In this document: piece by piece, positions 49,388-58,973 of the stretch
Position numbering within the stretch: position 1 is the first letter of the stretch
Layout: every line of letters begins with the position of its first letter
NCBI GenBank assembly: GCA_022340905.1
Contig: JAJDNB010000037.1
Coordinates: forward strand, 2,150-66,149
Length of the DNA stretch: 64,000 nt
Source: Deltaproteobacteria bacterium
GTDB lineage: Bacteria > Desulfobacterota > Syntrophobacteria > BM002
Direction of reading: 5' to 3'
Notes under the pieces: model-generated
The model's database searches: none
What the model saw: the letters and a program-made list of their open reading frames with translations, nothing else
Told to the model about the DNA's origin: nothing
Position numbers and translations under genes: made by a program

Positions 49388-50605
49388 CTAAGAATCGACA
49401 TGTTTTTGCTTTTGCCACAGACGTTCCACGCGATCCCATATTTCCATGGCGATTGCTTCTTTGCTCTTCTGAGATAGGTTTTCCACCTCATCTCCCGGCC
49501 ACACGATGGTCACTTCATTGGTATCACTTTCAAAGCCTGTATTAGCTGCAGTAAGATCATTTGCCACAATAAAATCCAGGTTCTTCTGGCGGAGTTTTAC
49601 CTTTGCATTTTCAAGCAAATTTTCCGTCTCGGCGGCAAATCCTACGAGAATTTGCCTCTGCTTCAATTCACCGAGACGCAGGAGAATATCCTCAGTCTTT
49701 TCCAACTGCAGAGATTCGCTGACCTTTATCTTTTTTATCTTTTCTGGAGCCTTTTTCTTTGGCCGATAGTCGGAAACTGCCGCCGCCATTACCACCGCAT
49801 CCGTCTGGGCAAATTGGTCCACTACAGCCTCATACATCTCCTGAGCACTCGTAACCCGAATCAGTGAAACTCTATGAGGTGGTGCTAGAGAACATGGTCC
49901 GCTGACCAGAGTGACCTCAGCTCCCCTCCATTTCGCTGCCCGGGCCAGAGCATAGCCCATCTTTCCAGATGAGGGGTTGGTCAAATGTCTTACTGGATCC
50001 AATGATTCCTTAGTGGGACCGGCTGTCACCAATACTCTCTTCCCTTGTAGGGATTGCGGTGTCAACGCTTGTTGGATACATTCTAAAATGTCGTCCACAG
50101 GCGCCAACCTGCCTAAACCTCGAACTCCGCATGCCAGGTCACCGGCTTCGGGACCCACTTGATGGAATCCCCAACCCCTGAGTCTGGCGAGGTTCTCCTG
50201 AACTACTTGACTTTCGTACATATTCACATTCATGGCTGGACAAATAATCTTGGGAGCGGTGCAAACCAATAGGGCGGTGGTCAAGTAGTCGTCGGCAATT
50301 CCGTGCGCCAGTTTTCCAATTATGTTGGCTGTAGCGGGCGCAATGACAGCCACTTCAGCGTCCGTAGCGACCTGTATGTGACCAATTCGTGATTCCGCCT
50401 CTAAATCGAAAAGATGAGTGCATACGGGCTGTCCAGAGAGTACCTGGAATGACAGGGGTTGCACGAACTCCATAGCGCTCTGGGTCATGATCACCCGCAC
50501 TCTTGCCTCTGCCAGAGCCAAAAGTCGGGTTAATTCCAGGGCCTTATAGGCTGCGATGCCTCCGGTTACTCCCAAGAGAATCTTGCGGTCCTTTAGTATA
50601 GTCAT
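49388..50605 (-). CDS. coaBC: bifunctional phosphopantothenoylcysteine decarboxylase / phosphopantothenate-cysteine ligase
   Basis: ILLGVTGGIAAYK flavoprotein N-terminus plus the CoaB domain. The ATG at 50605 has a GAGGAAG RBS. Confidence 0.85.
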   Translation of the reverse strand: MTILKDRKILLGVTGGIAAYKALELTRLLALAEARVRVIMTQSAMEFVQPLSFQVLSGQPVCTHLFDLEAESRIGHIQVATDAEVAVIAPATANIIGKLAHGIADDYLTTALLVCTAPKIICPAMNVNMYESQVVQENLARLRGWGFHQVGPEAGDLACGVRGLGRLAPVDDILECIQQALTPQSLQGKRVLVTAGPTKESLDPVRHLTNPSSGKMGYALARAAKWRGAEVTLVSGPCSLAPPHRVSLIRVTSAQEMYEAVVDQFAQTDAVVMAAAVSDYRPKKKAPEKIKKIKVSESLQLEKTEDILLRLGELKQRQILVGFAAETENLLENAKVKLRQKNLDFIVANDLTAANTGFESDTNEVTIVWPGDEVENLSQKSKEAIAMEIWDRVERLWQKQKHVDS

Positions 50606-50630
50606 AGCTTCCTCTTTGCCTTTTAACTTC

Positions 50631-50710
50631 ACCACAGAGGGCACAAAGAGCACGAAGGCATTCTCAAACATAAAATAACTACTTTGTGTACTTTGTGATC
50701 TTCGTGGTTA
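50631..50710. repeat. Family A palindromic repeat, copy A7
   Basis: accacagagggcacaaagagcacgaagg ... ctttgtgtactttgtgatcttcgtggtt. Confidence 0.8.
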
Positions 50711-50725
50711 AGCTTGCTTCTGACC

Positions 50726-51244
50726 TCAAGGCATAGCCCCCGCAATCTGGGGTGCTACCCAGATTTCAACTGCGGTTTTCAGGGGATACTCGGCAATGCT
50801 AACTAAGCAGCTGCGTTGATCCTTTTCGAAGTTCAGGATTACCCGGCGATAGCGAAAACTCGATTTTAGAACCCATCCGTCCTTGGGCATATGAGTGGTA
50901 AAAAAATTAACCAGTGACTCACCCTGCACATAGCCCTCAAAGACCAAAACACCGGCAGAAAAGGAAGGCGTACTGTAGACAAAAGAATCCTTCTTGTTGA
51001 GGGAAAGCTCTGCGGGAATTAAGATGTCTGCAAAGTCATAATAAACAGGAGCAGGGCCTTTAATCTCACTTTTCTTCTCTTGAGTCTCCCCAGAAGTATC
51101 TTCAGATTTTTGAAAAGCCGCACACCCGGAGCCAACCAGGAGAAGAAGGGAAACCAAACAGACTAGCCAAACTCTCCTCCTTACAACACCACTATCAATT
51201 GTCATATCTTTCCCCTCCTTGCCGTTAGCCCTTTGCTTAATCAT
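50726..51244 (-). CDS. hypothetical lipoprotein
   Basis: Lipobox LLVGSGC. The start shares an ATGA overlap with the nitroreductase stop. Confidence 0.5.
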   Translation of the reverse strand: MIKQRANGKEGKDMTIDSGVVRRRVWLVCLVSLLLLVGSGCAAFQKSEDTSGETQEKKSEIKGPAPVYYDFADILIPAELSLNKKDSFVYSTPSFSAGVLVFEGYVQGESLVNFFTTHMPKDGWVLKSSFRYRRVILNFEKDQRSCLVSIAEYPLKTAVEIWVAPQIAGAMP

Positions 51245-51759
51245 AGTTCCTTGAATACGAGGGCTGAAAGAGACTTACGGTCGGATTTCTGCTGCCCATG
51301 TTTAGGGTGTCCAATAGCGAGAACGGCCATCAGTTCATAGGTTCCGGGCGTCTCTAGGATCTCCCCCACTCTCTCTTTGTTCTTCAAGATTTCGCCAAGC
51401 CAGACACCTCCCAGACCCAAAGCATGAGTAGCAAGCCACATATTCTGTAAGCAGGCACCTATCCCCTGACAGTCCTTGGTACGGTCATAGCTATCACGAT
51501 TATCGATAAATACTGCAATAATCACAGGAGCGTTTCGAATGATCTCCCGGTAGCGGGTTTGCTTGGCAATCTCATCTTTGACTTTTGCATCTCGAACAAC
51601 GGCGAAACGCCACGGCTGGTTGTTGAGTCCAGAGGGAGCCCAACGACCAGCCTCTAGGATGGTTTGGACATCGTCCTTGCCCACCGCCTCATCCGTATAC
51701 TGCCTTACGCTTCTCCGAGAAAATATAGCTTCCAACACAGCTTGACCAGATTTACTCAT
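51241..51759 (-). CDS. nitroreductase family protein
   Basis: RRSVRQY...nitroreductase fold motifs. Confidence 0.8.
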   Translation of the reverse strand: MSKSGQAVLEAIFSRRSVRQYTDEAVGKDDVQTILEAGRWAPSGLNNQPWRFAVVRDAKVKDEIAKQTRYREIIRNAPVIIAVFIDNRDSYDRTKDCQGIGACLQNMWLATHALGLGGVWLGEILKNKERVGEILETPGTYELMAVLAIGHPKHGQQKSDRKSLSALVFKEL

Positions 51760-51877
51760 GTGCTCTCCCGTGTTCTCACCCCTGACCTTAGGCCAGTAGG
51801 AATTGAACCACAGAGGAAAGAGATCACGGAAGCAATTCCAAATATTTAAGTACTTGAGATTGCAATTTTACTTAACT

Positions 51878-51907
51878 GTTTTGTGGTCTCTGTGTGCTCT
51901 GTGGTTT
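51878..51907. repeat. Family A solo arm (A8, left arm degenerate)
   Basis: ttttgtggtctctgtgtgctctgtggtt. Confidence 0.5.
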
Positions 51908-52133
51908 AATTGCTTGATATTTTTCAGATTATAGCGATATCCAGCAAACCCGTCAATGATTAAGGCAGAACGCACAGTGCAGGGCGTCTTTTTATCTCTT
52001 CCGCGGAAGGGTGAATAGTAATTGGGTTAAGAATCAGGAGTTAGAATCGAAAAATCAGCAATAAAGAAAATGAGCGACTCTTCAGTTTAACCGACTCGCT
52101 ACCGAGTTTTGAATCCAACCCCCCAGTCGAACG

Positions 52134-52793
52134 CTATGCGCTCTGCGCTTGGCGTTTGAATCGCAGTGCATTGATCACCCCGTGGCAACGGCAGGCCGTG
52201 GCCACTAAGATGCTCTTCTCGGAGCATCTCACCGCCTCGAGAAGCAGCCACAACGTCGATAACTTATAGCCACCGACTCCTGGCGCTAGTTGACGGCTGC
52301 GCACCACCAGGGTCTGATAGCCTGGAACCTCTATTTGCTGGATAAGGTCATACAAATTAGCTTCACGAGGCTTTCGAGTGACGCTACACATTTCTTTTGG
52401 CTCTTGACAGTCATCGGGACAGAGAAAGGATGCAAAACTCCCGTAGAGAACCCCTCCTTTGCCTCTCGTGGGGTTGGGAATTTCCTGGTCGAGAACTGTG
52501 GGGACGACAAGTGGTATAACCGTCCCTTCCTTGGCCAACTGTTGACAGAGATAGAGGAAAGCAACATGTTCGGGAATTGCTGGGATAATCCATTCATCTC
52601 CCTTACCATCTTGCGATAAAAGAAAGTCAACAGCATCTTGTTTCAGGGGCTTCATAGGCTCATCCCTTAGGTGAGCCAATGCATCATCACGGTAGTCCAC
52701 CACGAGCACCTTACATCCCTTTTTTTGCTGCAAAATGCGCTTCGCCGCTAGAGAGCCAAAATGTCCTGCTCCAAGAATCCAGAAAGATTCCAT
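52134..52793 (-). CDS. hypothetical NAD(P)-binding Rossmann protein with C-terminal Cys cluster
   Basis: ILGAGHFGS GxGxxG motif, with CPDDC...C...CRCH downstream. The start is uncertain (52793 or 52844). Confidence 0.45.
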   Translation of the reverse strand: MESFWILGAGHFGSLAAKRILQQKKGCKVLVVDYRDDALAHLRDEPMKPLKQDAVDFLLSQDGKGDEWIIPAIPEHVAFLYLCQQLAKEGTVIPLVVPTVLDQEIPNPTRGKGGVLYGSFASFLCPDDCQEPKEMCSVTRKPREANLYDLIQQIEVPGYQTLVVRSRQLAPGVGGYKLSTLWLLLEAVRCSEKSILVATACRCHGVINALRFKRQAQSA

Positions 52794-52994
52794 ATATCCT
52801 ACCCCTTTATTGATCTTCATTATTCTAACAACACGAGATAGCAAACAGCAAACTGTTACATCCCAACACTAGCCGAGGCGGGCGGAAGTTGACACCCCCT
52901 CTTTTTGATCTTATAGTGCAGCGGAATCGCAGGAAAGCTACATGCAAGTATGAAATACCAAGCGTGAAACAGATTTCAATCAACAGATAAGGTG

Positions 52995-53075
52995 ACGTGC
53001 ATATCTCCTGTGAGACCTAAATCGAACTTGGCATCTAGTATTGCATATCTCAGATCACACACCTCACATCCAGAA
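52995..53075. repeat. Family D partial copy (D4)
   Basis: atatctcagatcacacacctcacatccag. Confidence 0.4.
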
Positions 53076-53082
53076 AATAAAC

Positions 53083-53916
53083 ATGTTTGTAGATACCCAT
53101 TGCCATCTTGACTCCGACGATTTTGACAATGATCGAAAAGATGTCATTGCCAGGGCAAAAGGGGCTGGAGTGCAGCAAATTGTCGCCATCGGAATCGACG
53201 TGCCCTCTTCTAAACAGGCCATCGCTTTGGCTGAAGAGAACGGTGAGATTTTTGCCACCGTAGGCATCCATCCCCATAATGCCAAGGTCCTCACTTTCGA
53301 AGACATCCAGGAGTTGCTAAGCTTGGGAGGCAAACCACAGGTTGTGGCATACGGAGAAATTGGTCTTGATTTCTTCCGCAACCATCAGCCCCAATCTGTA
53401 CAAGTTGCTTGCATGGAGGAACAACTCAATTTGGCCCATCAGTTAGGATTGCCCGTAGTCATTCATAATCGCCAAGCTCATAAAGAGATTCTCCAAATCT
53501 TGCGCAAAAATGAGGTCTGGAGAATAGGCGGCGCCATGCACTGCTTTTCAGGCGACTGGTCCTTTGCGAAAAAATGTTTAGATCTAGGTTTGTATCTCTC
53601 CATCGCAGGACCCGTCACCTTCAACAAATCACAAATCCTGCAGGAGTTGGCCCAGAATTGTCCCCTTGAGCGATTACTTATTGAGACAGACTCCCCCTTT
53701 CTAGCTCCCGTACCCAAACGTGGCAAAAGGAACGAACCCGCTTTTTTAGTTTATACGGCAGAAAAAATTGCATCCTTGCGAAAGCTCTCTGTGGCTGATA
53801 TAGCACGGCAGACCAGCTCAAATGCTCGCCGGCTTTTTAAGCTACCAACTCCAGATGAATCATCAGCGGCAATTAGGGTTAACCACAAAGAGCACAAAGG
53901 AAATTTGAGATTTTAG
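53083..53916 (+). CDS. tatD: TatD family metal-dependent hydrolase
   Basis: MFVDTHCHLD start and conserved His/Asp/Glu ligand pattern. The C-terminus runs into repeat A9. Confidence 0.85.
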   Translation: MFVDTHCHLDSDDFDNDRKDVIARAKGAGVQQIVAIGIDVPSSKQAIALAEENGEIFATVGIHPHNAKVLTFEDIQELLSLGGKPQVVAYGEIGLDFFRNHQPQSVQVACMEEQLNLAHQLGLPVVIHNRQAHKEILQILRKNEVWRIGGAMHCFSGDWSFAKKCLDLGLYLSIAGPVTFNKSQILQELAQNCPLERLLIETDSPFLAPVPKRGKRNEPAFLVYTAEKIASLRKLSVADIARQTSSNARRLFKLPTPDESSAAIRVNHKEHKGNLRF

Positions 53917-54026
53917 ATTTAAGATTGTAGATTGAGGCAGGTAGGAACTAGAAGATTCCCCAATCTGCAATCTACGATCAACAATCGAAAATTATATCTC
54001 TTTGTGATCTTTGTGTTCTTTGTGGT
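53882..54026. repeat. Family A palindromic repeat, copy A9, with a second palindrome (agattgtagattg / caatctgcaatctacgatc) nested in its loop
   Basis: aaccacaaagagcacaaagg ... ctctttgtgatctttgtgttctttgtggtag. Confidence 0.8.
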
Positions 54027-54067
54027 AGAAATCCTTAATTAATAGCATCGCCACCGTAAAGACAAGC

Positions 54068-54673
54068 ATGATCGAAGATACAAGAAATGCGGACTTTGTT
54101 TTGGCTTCGGCTTCACCGCGGCGTCGACAACTCTTGACTCAAATTGGCCTTTCCTTCCAAGTCGTTCCCAGCAAAATCGCGGAAATCAACCATGGTGGTA
54201 TGAAGCCACATGTGCACGCCACCCACTTTGCCGAGGCCAAGTCCAAAGAGGTGGCCAATCGCCACCCGGACAAATGGGTTCTTGGGGCAGACACCATTGT
54301 TGTAAGTGATGAGGAGATCCTAGGAAAACCTGCCGACTTCACCGAAGCCTCATCAATGCTTTCTCGACTGGCTGGGAGAAGCCATCGCGTTATCACTGCT
54401 ATTTGCCTCGTACACTCTGGAATGCAAGTGGTGGAGAGTGAATGGGTTGAGACCAAGGTCTTCATGAGAAGCCTCAGTGTGGAGGATATCGAGGGTTATA
54501 TTAGAACAGGTGAACCAATGGACAAAGCGGGTGGTTACGGCATCCAAGGCATTGGCGGCTGTCTGATCCAGCGGATCGAGGGCTCTTACTCCAATGTGGT
54601 CGGACTGCCTTTGTGCGAGACATTGGAGCTGTTACGTCGTCATGGGGTCGTTGATCCCTTTAGCGAGTACTGA
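54068..54673 (+). CDS. maf: Maf-like nucleoside triphosphate pyrophosphatase
   Basis: LASASPRRR...GADT...KAGGYGIQG motifs. Confidence 0.85.
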   Translation: MIEDTRNADFVLASASPRRRQLLTQIGLSFQVVPSKIAEINHGGMKPHVHATHFAEAKSKEVANRHPDKWVLGADTIVVSDEEILGKPADFTEASSMLSRLAGRSHRVITAICLVHSGMQVVESEWVETKVFMRSLSVEDIEGYIRTGEPMDKAGGYGIQGIGGCLIQRIEGSYSNVVGLPLCETLELLRRHGVVDPFSEY

Positions 54674-54709
54674 GGGATCAATCGCGGCTAAAAGCCGCTC
54701 CCACAAAAT

Positions 54710-55408
54710 TTGGATAAACAAATGTCAATTGCAGAAAATCTTTCGCGGATCGAAGAAAGAATGGCGGAGGCGGCCATACGCTCGGGCCGTGCACCTGGCT
54801 CGGTCAAACTTGTAGGAGTAACCAAGACTGTAGATCTGGACCGGATTAAAGACGCAGTCTCTGCAGGCTTACAAATACTGGGCGAAAACTACGTCCAAGA
54901 AGCCCGGGACAAGATCAGGGAACTCAAAGACCGAGTGAGTTGGCATTTTGTAGGCCGATTGCAGACAAACAAAGCAAAATATGCAGTAAAACTCTTCGAC
55001 GTAATTCAGACGGTTGATTCACTTAAGCTGGCACAAGAACTAAATCGCCGTGCCCAGCCATTGGGCCGGACGATTCCCATCATTATACAGGTAAACTTGG
55101 CCAGCGAGGTAAGTAAAGGAGGAGTTGAGCCGTCAGAATGTCTTTCCCTAATCAGACACGTCTCCGTGCTGGAAAACCTTCAGATCCGAGGGCTTATGAC
55201 TATGCCCCCATTCTTCCACCAACCTGAGCGGGCTAGACCCTATTTTGCCCAGCTGAGAGAAATGAGTCAAAAAATAGCCGAGGCGCAGGTGGCAGGTGTT
55301 GAGATGAATGAATTGTCCATGGGTATGTCTGGAGATTTCGAAGCAGCTATTGAGGAAGGGGCAACCCTGATTAGGGTAGGAACTGCTATTTTTGGGGAGC
55401 GACCGTAA
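54710..55408 (+). CDS. yggS: YggS family PLP homeostasis protein
   Basis: 232 aa TIM-barrel PLP enzyme of the YggS/PROSC family. Confidence 0.85.
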   Translation: MDKQMSIAENLSRIEERMAEAAIRSGRAPGSVKLVGVTKTVDLDRIKDAVSAGLQILGENYVQEARDKIRELKDRVSWHFVGRLQTNKAKYAVKLFDVIQTVDSLKLAQELNRRAQPLGRTIPIIIQVNLASEVSKGGVEPSECLSLIRHVSVLENLQIRGLMTMPPFFHQPERARPYFAQLREMSQKIAEAQVAGVEMNELSMGMSGDFEAAIEEGATLIRVGTAIFGERP

Positions 55409-56138
55409 GCCTCTGGCGCATGGTCTCATATAAAGCCATTGCCCCTGCTGCCGCCGCATTTAGTGAATCCAGTCTCCCGTGCTGGGGAATTGATGCGTGC
55501 AAATCACAGGTCTGCCTTATGAGCGGTCGAATACCCTTAGCCTCACCCCCTATTACCAAAGCAGTGGGCTGGCAAAGATCCAGTTGGTAGATGGGGCGAC
55601 CCCCTTCCAAGATCAAACCCACCACCCATATCCCCTTCTCCTTCAATAGGGCTAATGTTCGCCTTAGGTTAGTTACCCGGGCAACCTGACAATGCTCAAG
55701 TGCGCCTGCAGAGGCTTTGGCCACCGCTGCTGTTAGCGGTGCCGCCCGATCTTTGGGCACTACCACCCCATGAACTCCACAAATATAAGCCGTACGAATC
55801 AAACTGCCCAGGTTTTGAGGGTCTTCAATTCCGTCCAATACTACAATCAAGGCTGGGCCTCTAGCCAGAGAAACCTCAACAATGGTCTCAATCTCCACAT
55901 ATCCATAGGGGGAGAGAAAAGCTATGATTCCCTGGTGTCTGACCGTCCCTGCCTTGGCTTCCAAACGTTGGCGATCGAAGGTTCGAACCTTAATCCCAAG
56001 CCCCCGCGCTTGGGTAAGGATCTTGTTGACCTTGGTGCTGGATCCGCTTCGACTAATCCAGATTTCTCTTACCGTATGGCCCCGGGTGACCAGAGCTTCC
56101 TGGATAGGGTGAATACCGTAAAGGATCTCGTCTGCCAT
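55386..56138 (-). CDS. rlmB: 23S rRNA (guanosine-2'-O)-methyltransferase, SpoU/TrmH family (RlmB-like)
   Basis: N-terminal L30e-like domain plus SpoU methylase motifs. Confidence 0.8.
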   Translation of the reverse strand: MADEILYGIHPIQEALVTRGHTVREIWISRSGSSTKVNKILTQARGLGIKVRTFDRQRLEAKAGTVRHQGIIAFLSPYGYVEIETIVEVSLARGPALIVVLDGIEDPQNLGSLIRTAYICGVHGVVVPKDRAAPLTAAVAKASAGALEHCQVARVTNLRRTLALLKEKGIWVVGLILEGGRPIYQLDLCQPTALVIGGEAKGIRPLIRQTCDLHASIPQHGRLDSLNAAAAGAMALYETMRQRLTVAPQK

Positions 56139-56220
56139 AGAATAACTATGTTTGTTGTTAACAAATGTTTTGGCAGCAGATTTCGGGTTTCAGAACTGCA
56201 CAACCTTGGCGATCTGTTGT

Positions 56221-56835
56221 TTATTCTAGGTGTAAAAGATCTTTGACCTGCGGCAACACAACCTCTCTTTGGTAGTGCGCAGCCAAAATGATAGTCTTTA
56301 AAGCCTCCACCGCCTCATCGAGATCATCATTGACGACCAGATAGTCATACCAGGAAGCTTCCAGCAGCTCTCCCATAGCGTTTTCAAGCCTGGTCTCTAG
56401 ATCATCCCCTTCTTCGGTACCCCTCTTGAGAAGTCTTTCTTTTAAAGTCTCACGGTCAGGCGGCAAAACAAAAATGAAACACGCATGGGGAAAGCGCATC
56501 TTGACTTGACGAGCACCCTGAACATCTATTTCCAGAAGTACATCCTCGGCTCGGCGCCGTTGTAGTTCTAGCTGGTCTGCGGAGGTGCCATAATAGTTTC
56601 CGTGGACAAAGGCCCATTCCACGAAAGAGCCCCCCTGCCTCATGGTAAGAAACGTTTCCTCTGATACAAAATGATAGTCTCTGCCCTCACGCTCTCCATG
56701 GCGCGGCGGTCTTGTGGTGTGGGAGATGGAATATGCGAGCCGGGGGAGCTTCTTCCTTACATTCTCGCGCAAGCTCGATTTTCCCACCCCCGATGGTCCA
56801 GATAGTACGAAGAGTTGTCCACTGGACTGCATCAC
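56221..56835 (-). CDS. gmk: guanylate kinase
   Basis: [10 protein letters not shown]-loop and Gmk body. Confidence 0.9.
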   Translation of the reverse strand: MMQSSGQLFVLSGPSGVGKSSLRENVRKKLPRLAYSISHTTRPPRHGEREGRDYHFVSEETFLTMRQGGSFVEWAFVHGNYYGTSADQLELQRRRAEDVLLEIDVQGARQVKMRFPHACFIFVLPPDRETLKERLLKRGTEEGDDLETRLENAMGELLEASWYDYLVVNDDLDEAVEALKTIILAAHYQREVVLPQVKDLLHLE

Positions 56836-57107
56836 TTTGATTTGCTATCACCGTCCTTGCCGATTGAATCAGCCATGAACCGTTGGGCAATTGTCTCAGC
56901 CTGCACCCCAGACAATATGACATGGTTGCTGTCGGTAATAATGATCGCCCGAGTGCGGCGGCCCATGGTGGCATCAATGAGTTTTTTGGACATCTTGGCA
57001 TCTTCTTTCAGACGCTTCATTGGTGCAGATCCTGGGGAAACGATTGCAACCACTCGATCCGCCACCACCGTATTGCCAAAGCCGATGTTTAAAAGTTTTC
57101 CCTCCAT
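56832..57107 (-). CDS. DUF370 / RemA-like protein
   Basis: [21 protein letters not shown] is the DUF370 signature. An ATGA overlap couples it with gmk. Start is 57107 or 57137. Confidence 0.75.
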   Translation of the reverse strand: MEGKLLNIGFGNTVVADRVVAIVSPGSAPMKRLKEDAKMSKKLIDATMGRRTRAIIITDSNHVILSGVQAETIAQRFMADSIGKDGDSKSK

Positions 57108-57174
57108 CTCAACCCCACCTTCTGAAAAATGGCTCACTGAACCGGTTGCCTCAGTAAATTAACCCAACTCGACC

Positions 57175-57360
57175 TAGCCCGGATATTTCATGAATCACCT
57201 GCTGCGACCAAGGATATGGCCGTCCTTCCTGGCGTCCTCGGGTGTTGGCCCCTGCGACGTACCGTTCAGGTACGCCTCGGAGCCAACCCCCTGTGGTTGC
57301 CAGGTGGCACGCCCATCTTTATGGTCTCGCGACTGCAATTCATGAAACATCCGGGCTAGA
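57175..57360. mobile_element. Family B MITE-like element, copy B4, inside the yicC-remA-gmk operon
   Basis: ctagcccggatatttcatgaat ... attcatgaaacatccgggctag. It begins 3 nt after the yicC stop. Confidence 0.75.
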
Positions 57361-57362
57361 CC

Positions 57363-58244
57363 TCATTCGACATTCTGTAGCTGCTCTCGAAATCTCTCAA
57401 GCTCTGTTTTGATCTGGATCACTATTTGTCCAATCTCCACGTCGTTGGCCTTGGAACCAATAGTGTTAATCTCTCGGTGCATTTCCTGTAAGACAAACTC
57501 CAACTGGCGTCCGCGAGGCCCGCTAGCATCGAGTAAGTTCCCGAATTGCTGTAAATGGCTTTTGAAACGTATCAACTCTTCGGTGACATCACTCTTCTCC
57601 GCCAGAATGGCTACCTCTTGAGCCAAGCGGGACTCATCCAGTTCCCCTTGACCAAGGAGTTCCTCAATCCGCTTTTGTAAGCGCTCACGAATATCTAAAA
57701 CCACAAGAGGCGTTCGCCTTTCAATCTCACTGCCAAGGGTTTCCAGTTGATCCAGCCGTGCATTGAAATCTGCCTCGAGTGCCGAACCCTCTTCCCTCCT
57801 CATGTGGATACACTGTTCCACTCCCTGATCAAGAGCCGTCTCCATGACTTTCCATGCTTGTCCGCGACTTTCCTCATCCTCTTTGAAAACGAATATGTCC
57901 CGAAAGTGCAAAAGTGTATCCAAGCGCAGACCGGCCTCAATCCCTAGCTTATCTATTAGATCGAGGAGCAACCGTTTGTAGGTCTCAGCCAACTCCGTAT
58001 CAACCGTGAGATGCTGCACTTTATCCAAGGTCTCGTCGGCGACAACGTTTACTTCAATGCGTCCCCTAGAAAACTGACTGCTAAGCTTCCGCTTTATCTC
58101 TTCCTCGAAGTCTGTGTACCTGCGGGGCAACTTTATACGAATGTCGCAAAAACGGTGATTAAGGGTGCGTAATTCTACGGTAAACCGATAACCGTCAGCC
58201 ACGGCCTCCCCCCGTCCAAAGGCAGTCATACTATGCAGCACCAT
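57363..58244 (-). CDS. yicC: YicC family stress-induced protein
   Basis: 293 aa with YicC N- and C-terminal domains. Confidence 0.8.
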   Translation of the reverse strand: MVLHSMTAFGRGEAVADGYRFTVELRTLNHRFCDIRIKLPRRYTDFEEEIKRKLSSQFSRGRIEVNVVADETLDKVQHLTVDTELAETYKRLLLDLIDKLGIEAGLRLDTLLHFRDIFVFKEDEESRGQAWKVMETALDQGVEQCIHMRREEGSALEADFNARLDQLETLGSEIERRTPLVVLDIRERLQKRIEELLGQGELDESRLAQEVAILAEKSDVTEELIRFKSHLQQFGNLLDASGPRGRQLEFVLQEMHREINTIGSKANDVEIGQIVIQIKTELERFREQLQNVE

Positions 58245-58281
58245 TCCACCTCTCTCCTGTCAGCGAAAGCTTGGCCTTGGG

Positions 58282-58369
58282 ACCACAAAGGGCACGAAGT
58301 TCACAAAGGGTTTTTGAAGTTACCTTACTATTTCACACTTTCTTTGTGTCCCTTGTGTTCTTTGTGGTT
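58282..58369. repeat. Family A palindromic repeat, copy A10
   Basis: gaccacaaagggcacgaagttcacaaagg ... ctttctttgtgtcccttgtgttctttgtggttg. It overlaps the last 12 codons of the DUF4416 gene. Confidence 0.8.
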
Positions 58370-58899
58370 GACTCCCTTAAGCGCAGTTGGATGAGATACT
58401 TCTCCCTAATTGCCTTCAGCCACCCACGAACTTGCGGCTCAGCATAATCGGGATATGTCCAAGCCAGAGGCTGATAGTCTTTATCACGGTAAATCAAAGT
58501 CAAATCCGCATATATCCCTTTACCGAGGTAGATCCGATGGCCATAGTTCTTGCCGCTGGCAAGCACTAGCCGCTCGGCAACTAGATAGCCAGGATCAATA
58601 TTAACAAGACGATTTCCCTCTTCGGTCTGCTCATTTTCCAATGCATTGGTCTGAACCTTGATTGAGGCTAAGTCTTCTTGTGGGATCAGGCGGTTAAAGC
58701 TGGCGAAGCGGCGCAATAAGACCTTCCCCATCTCGGTACTGTAATAGTCGGTATAGTTGAATTGCAGTAGCGGACTAACGAAATCAAGTACACCATAATG
58801 AGCGGCGAGTTCGGACAATGTTCTGTTTATCCGTTCCACAAAAGAAGAAATAACGCTGACAAAAAGCTTTGCCGGTTTCGGCTCCTGTGGAATACTCAT
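58333..58899 (-). CDS. DUF4416 family protein
   Basis: 188 aa. The C-terminal tail (STTKNTRDTKKV) is encoded by the repeat arm. Confidence 0.55.
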   Translation of the reverse strand: MSIPQEPKPAKLFVSVISSFVERINRTLSELAAHYGVLDFVSPLLQFNYTDYYSTEMGKVLLRRFASFNRLIPQEDLASIKVQTNALENEQTEEGNRLVNIDPGYLVAERLVLASGKNYGHRIYLGKGIYADLTLIYRDKDYQPLAWTYPDYAEPQVRGWLKAIREKYLIQLRLRESTTKNTRDTKKV

Positions 58900-58973
58900 A
58901 TGATCCCCAGGAGAATGAACTCACCTTTGGCCTCACATGTCGCCATTCCAGAATTCCTGCTTAGGCGAAAATC

